This document shows, piece after piece, positions 23,110-24,000 of a stretch of 24,000 nucleotides of DNA (positions are counted from its first letter, which is position 1; every line of letters begins with the position of its first letter). Source of the DNA: an uncultured Dehalococcoidales bacterium (GTDB taxonomy: Bacteria; Chloroflexota; Dehalococcoidia; Dehalococcoidales; Fen-1064); NCBI GenBank assembly GCA_964493955.1, contig CAZBPZ010000002.1:1-24000 (forward strand), in the 5' to 3' direction. The notes beneath the pieces are model-generated. The model was not told the origin of the DNA. It saw only the letters and a list, made by a program, of their open reading frames with translations, and did no database searches. The position numbers were made by a program, and so were the translations under genes.

Positions 23110-24000
23110 GTGAGTTACTTCAGAAAGCTCGGAGAGTGGGCGCGGTCGAATGAGCTCCTGATAGGTTTCCTGGCGGCCGCCGCGGTTGGCGTGCTGGCTG
23201 CCGTGGGGCAGATTGGCTTCAGCTGGCTGATGGACGTGGCGCAGCGGTTCTTTTTCCAGGACGGGGCGCGGCTGCTTTCCGGGTTGGGGCGTTTCTACGT
23301 GCTGGTAATCCCGGTTGTGGGCGGGCTGATAGTGGGCCTCTTTGTCCAGTACGGTGCCCGTGAGGCGAAGGGACACGGTGTGCCGGAGGTGATGGAGGCC
23401 GTCGCAATCCGGGGCGGGCGCATCAGGCCACGGGTGGCGTTCATCAAGGCGCTGGCGTCGGCGGTCTGTATAGGCAGTGGTGGCTCGGTTGGCCGGGAGG
23501 GCCCGATTGTGCAGATAGGGTCGTCACTCGGCTCCACCGTGGGCCAGGTGCTGCGGCTACCGGAAAACTGGATACGTACCCTGGTGGCCTGTGGGGCGGC
23601 CGGTGGCATCTCGGCCACGTTCAATGCCCCCATCGGCGGCGTGCTCTTTGCAATGGAAATCATCCTGGGGTGGTCAACCGGCCCGCGGCTGGGTTTCGTC
23701 GTCATCAGCTCGGTGGTTGCCAGTGCCATCTCGCGGGGCTTCCTGGGGGCGGAGCCGGCTTTTGGCATCATCCAGTACGAGATGACAAGCAACTGGGAAC
23801 TCCTGACCTACGGGGTGCTGGGCGTGGTGGCGGCGCTGGGGGCGGTGGCTTTCACGAAGACGCTCTACTTCACGGAGGACCGCTTCGATGCCTGGCGCAT
23901 TCCCGAATGGTTGAAGCCGGCCGTTGGTGGTCTGCTGCTCGGGCTGGTGGGGCTGTACTCGCTGGACCTCTTCGGGGTGGGCTATGGGGAGGCACAGTGG
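23110..24000 (+). CDS. ClC-family chloride channel/antiporter, N-terminal ~297 codons (continues beyond the right edge)
   Basis: Not in the ORF track because there is no stop within the window. My translation from GTG 23110 reads SYFRKLGEW...AKGHGVPEVMEAV...GSGGSVGREGPIVQIGSSLGS...FNAPIGGVLFAMEII, with the GxGIPE-like and GREGP selectivity motifs. The start is uncertain: GTG 23110 has AGAGGA 11 nt upstream, and GTG 23065 is also in frame. Confidence 0.8.
   Translation, partial: MSYFRKLGEWARSNELLIGFLAAAAVGVLAAVGQIGFSWLMDVAQRFFFQDGARLLSGLGRFYVLVIPVVGGLIVGLFVQYGAREAKGHGVPEVMEAVAIRGGRIRPRVAFIKALASAVCIGSGGSVGREGPIVQIGSSLGSTVGQVLRLPENWIRTLVACGAAGGISATFNAPIGGVLFAMEIILGWSTGPRLGFVVISSVVASAISRGFLGAEPAFGIIQYEMTSNWELLTYGVLGVVAALGAVAFTKTLYFTEDRFDAWRIPEWLKPAVGGLLLGLVGLYSLDLFGVGYGEAQW

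Noticed and set aside
19618-23376. A 1252-aa uninterrupted ORF on the minus strand, spanning the tldD 5' end, all of alaS, ruvX and part of the ClC gene
   Set aside because: It runs antisense to genes with unambiguous family signatures. Its product is low-complexity (rich in R, P, G, A, H and Q) and has no recognisable domain. Long stop-free antisense frames are expected opposite GC3-rich coding sequence.
1-24000. Looked for a defence or mobile island: CRISPR repeats, transposase or integrase genes, toxin-antitoxin pairs, direct or terminal inverted repeats, tRNA integration targets, and shifts in GC or codon usage
   Set aside because: None were seen. The composition looks uniform by eye, and the recognisable genes are core metabolism, maintenance or conserved-unknown families. 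The window is best treated as ordinary chromosome, and its interest lies in regulatory RNA, gene fusions and relics.

Overview
This is a 24-kb, roughly 65% GC, gene-dense bacterial chromosomal segment. I saw no rRNA, tRNA, CRISPR, transposase or phage genes. Left to right: (1) the 5' end of a divergent nitroreductase gene (1-80, minus). (2) A ~400-bp intergenic region with two divergent sigma70-like promoters and a terminator-containing leader. (3) A pantothenate operon at 477-3077 (+): DUF2520/PanG-like reductase, small lipoprotein, panD, panB. (4) A decayed KdpE-like response-regulator relic (3074 to ~3540, minus). (5) An 8.8-kb same-strand array at 3658-12463 (+): AmmeMemoRadiSam radical SAM enzyme, fused Memo(B)-AMMECR1(A) protein, nitroreductase, DUF2779 two-nuclease protein, RarA fused in frame to an alpha/beta hydrolase, and a penicillin-acylase-family Ntn hydrolase without a signal peptide. 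(6) A gamma-glutamylcyclotransferase-like gene and pcrA (minus), plsY (+), a decayed phosphotransferase relic, pmbA and tldD (minus), alaS-ruvX (+), and the 5' part of a ClC channel gene that runs off the right edge. Best leads: (a) a canonical intrinsic terminator inside the 5' leader of the pan operon, with an upstream mimic of the terminator arm, which makes it a riboswitch/attenuator candidate. (b) The function-unknown AmmeMemoRadiSam system, present here as a B-A fusion. (c) The RarA-hydrolase fusion, which keeps an internal SD plus GTG. (d) The DUF2779 Cas4-like plus DEDDy-like nuclease next to rarA. (e) Consensus promoters that imply leaderless tldD and pcrA mRNAs. The long antisense ORFs (up to 1252 aa) are GC-driven shadows. 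Gene content and signals are compatible with a Chloroflexota-like or other Terrabacteria lineage, but only at low confidence. Nothing here looks like a mobile or defence island.
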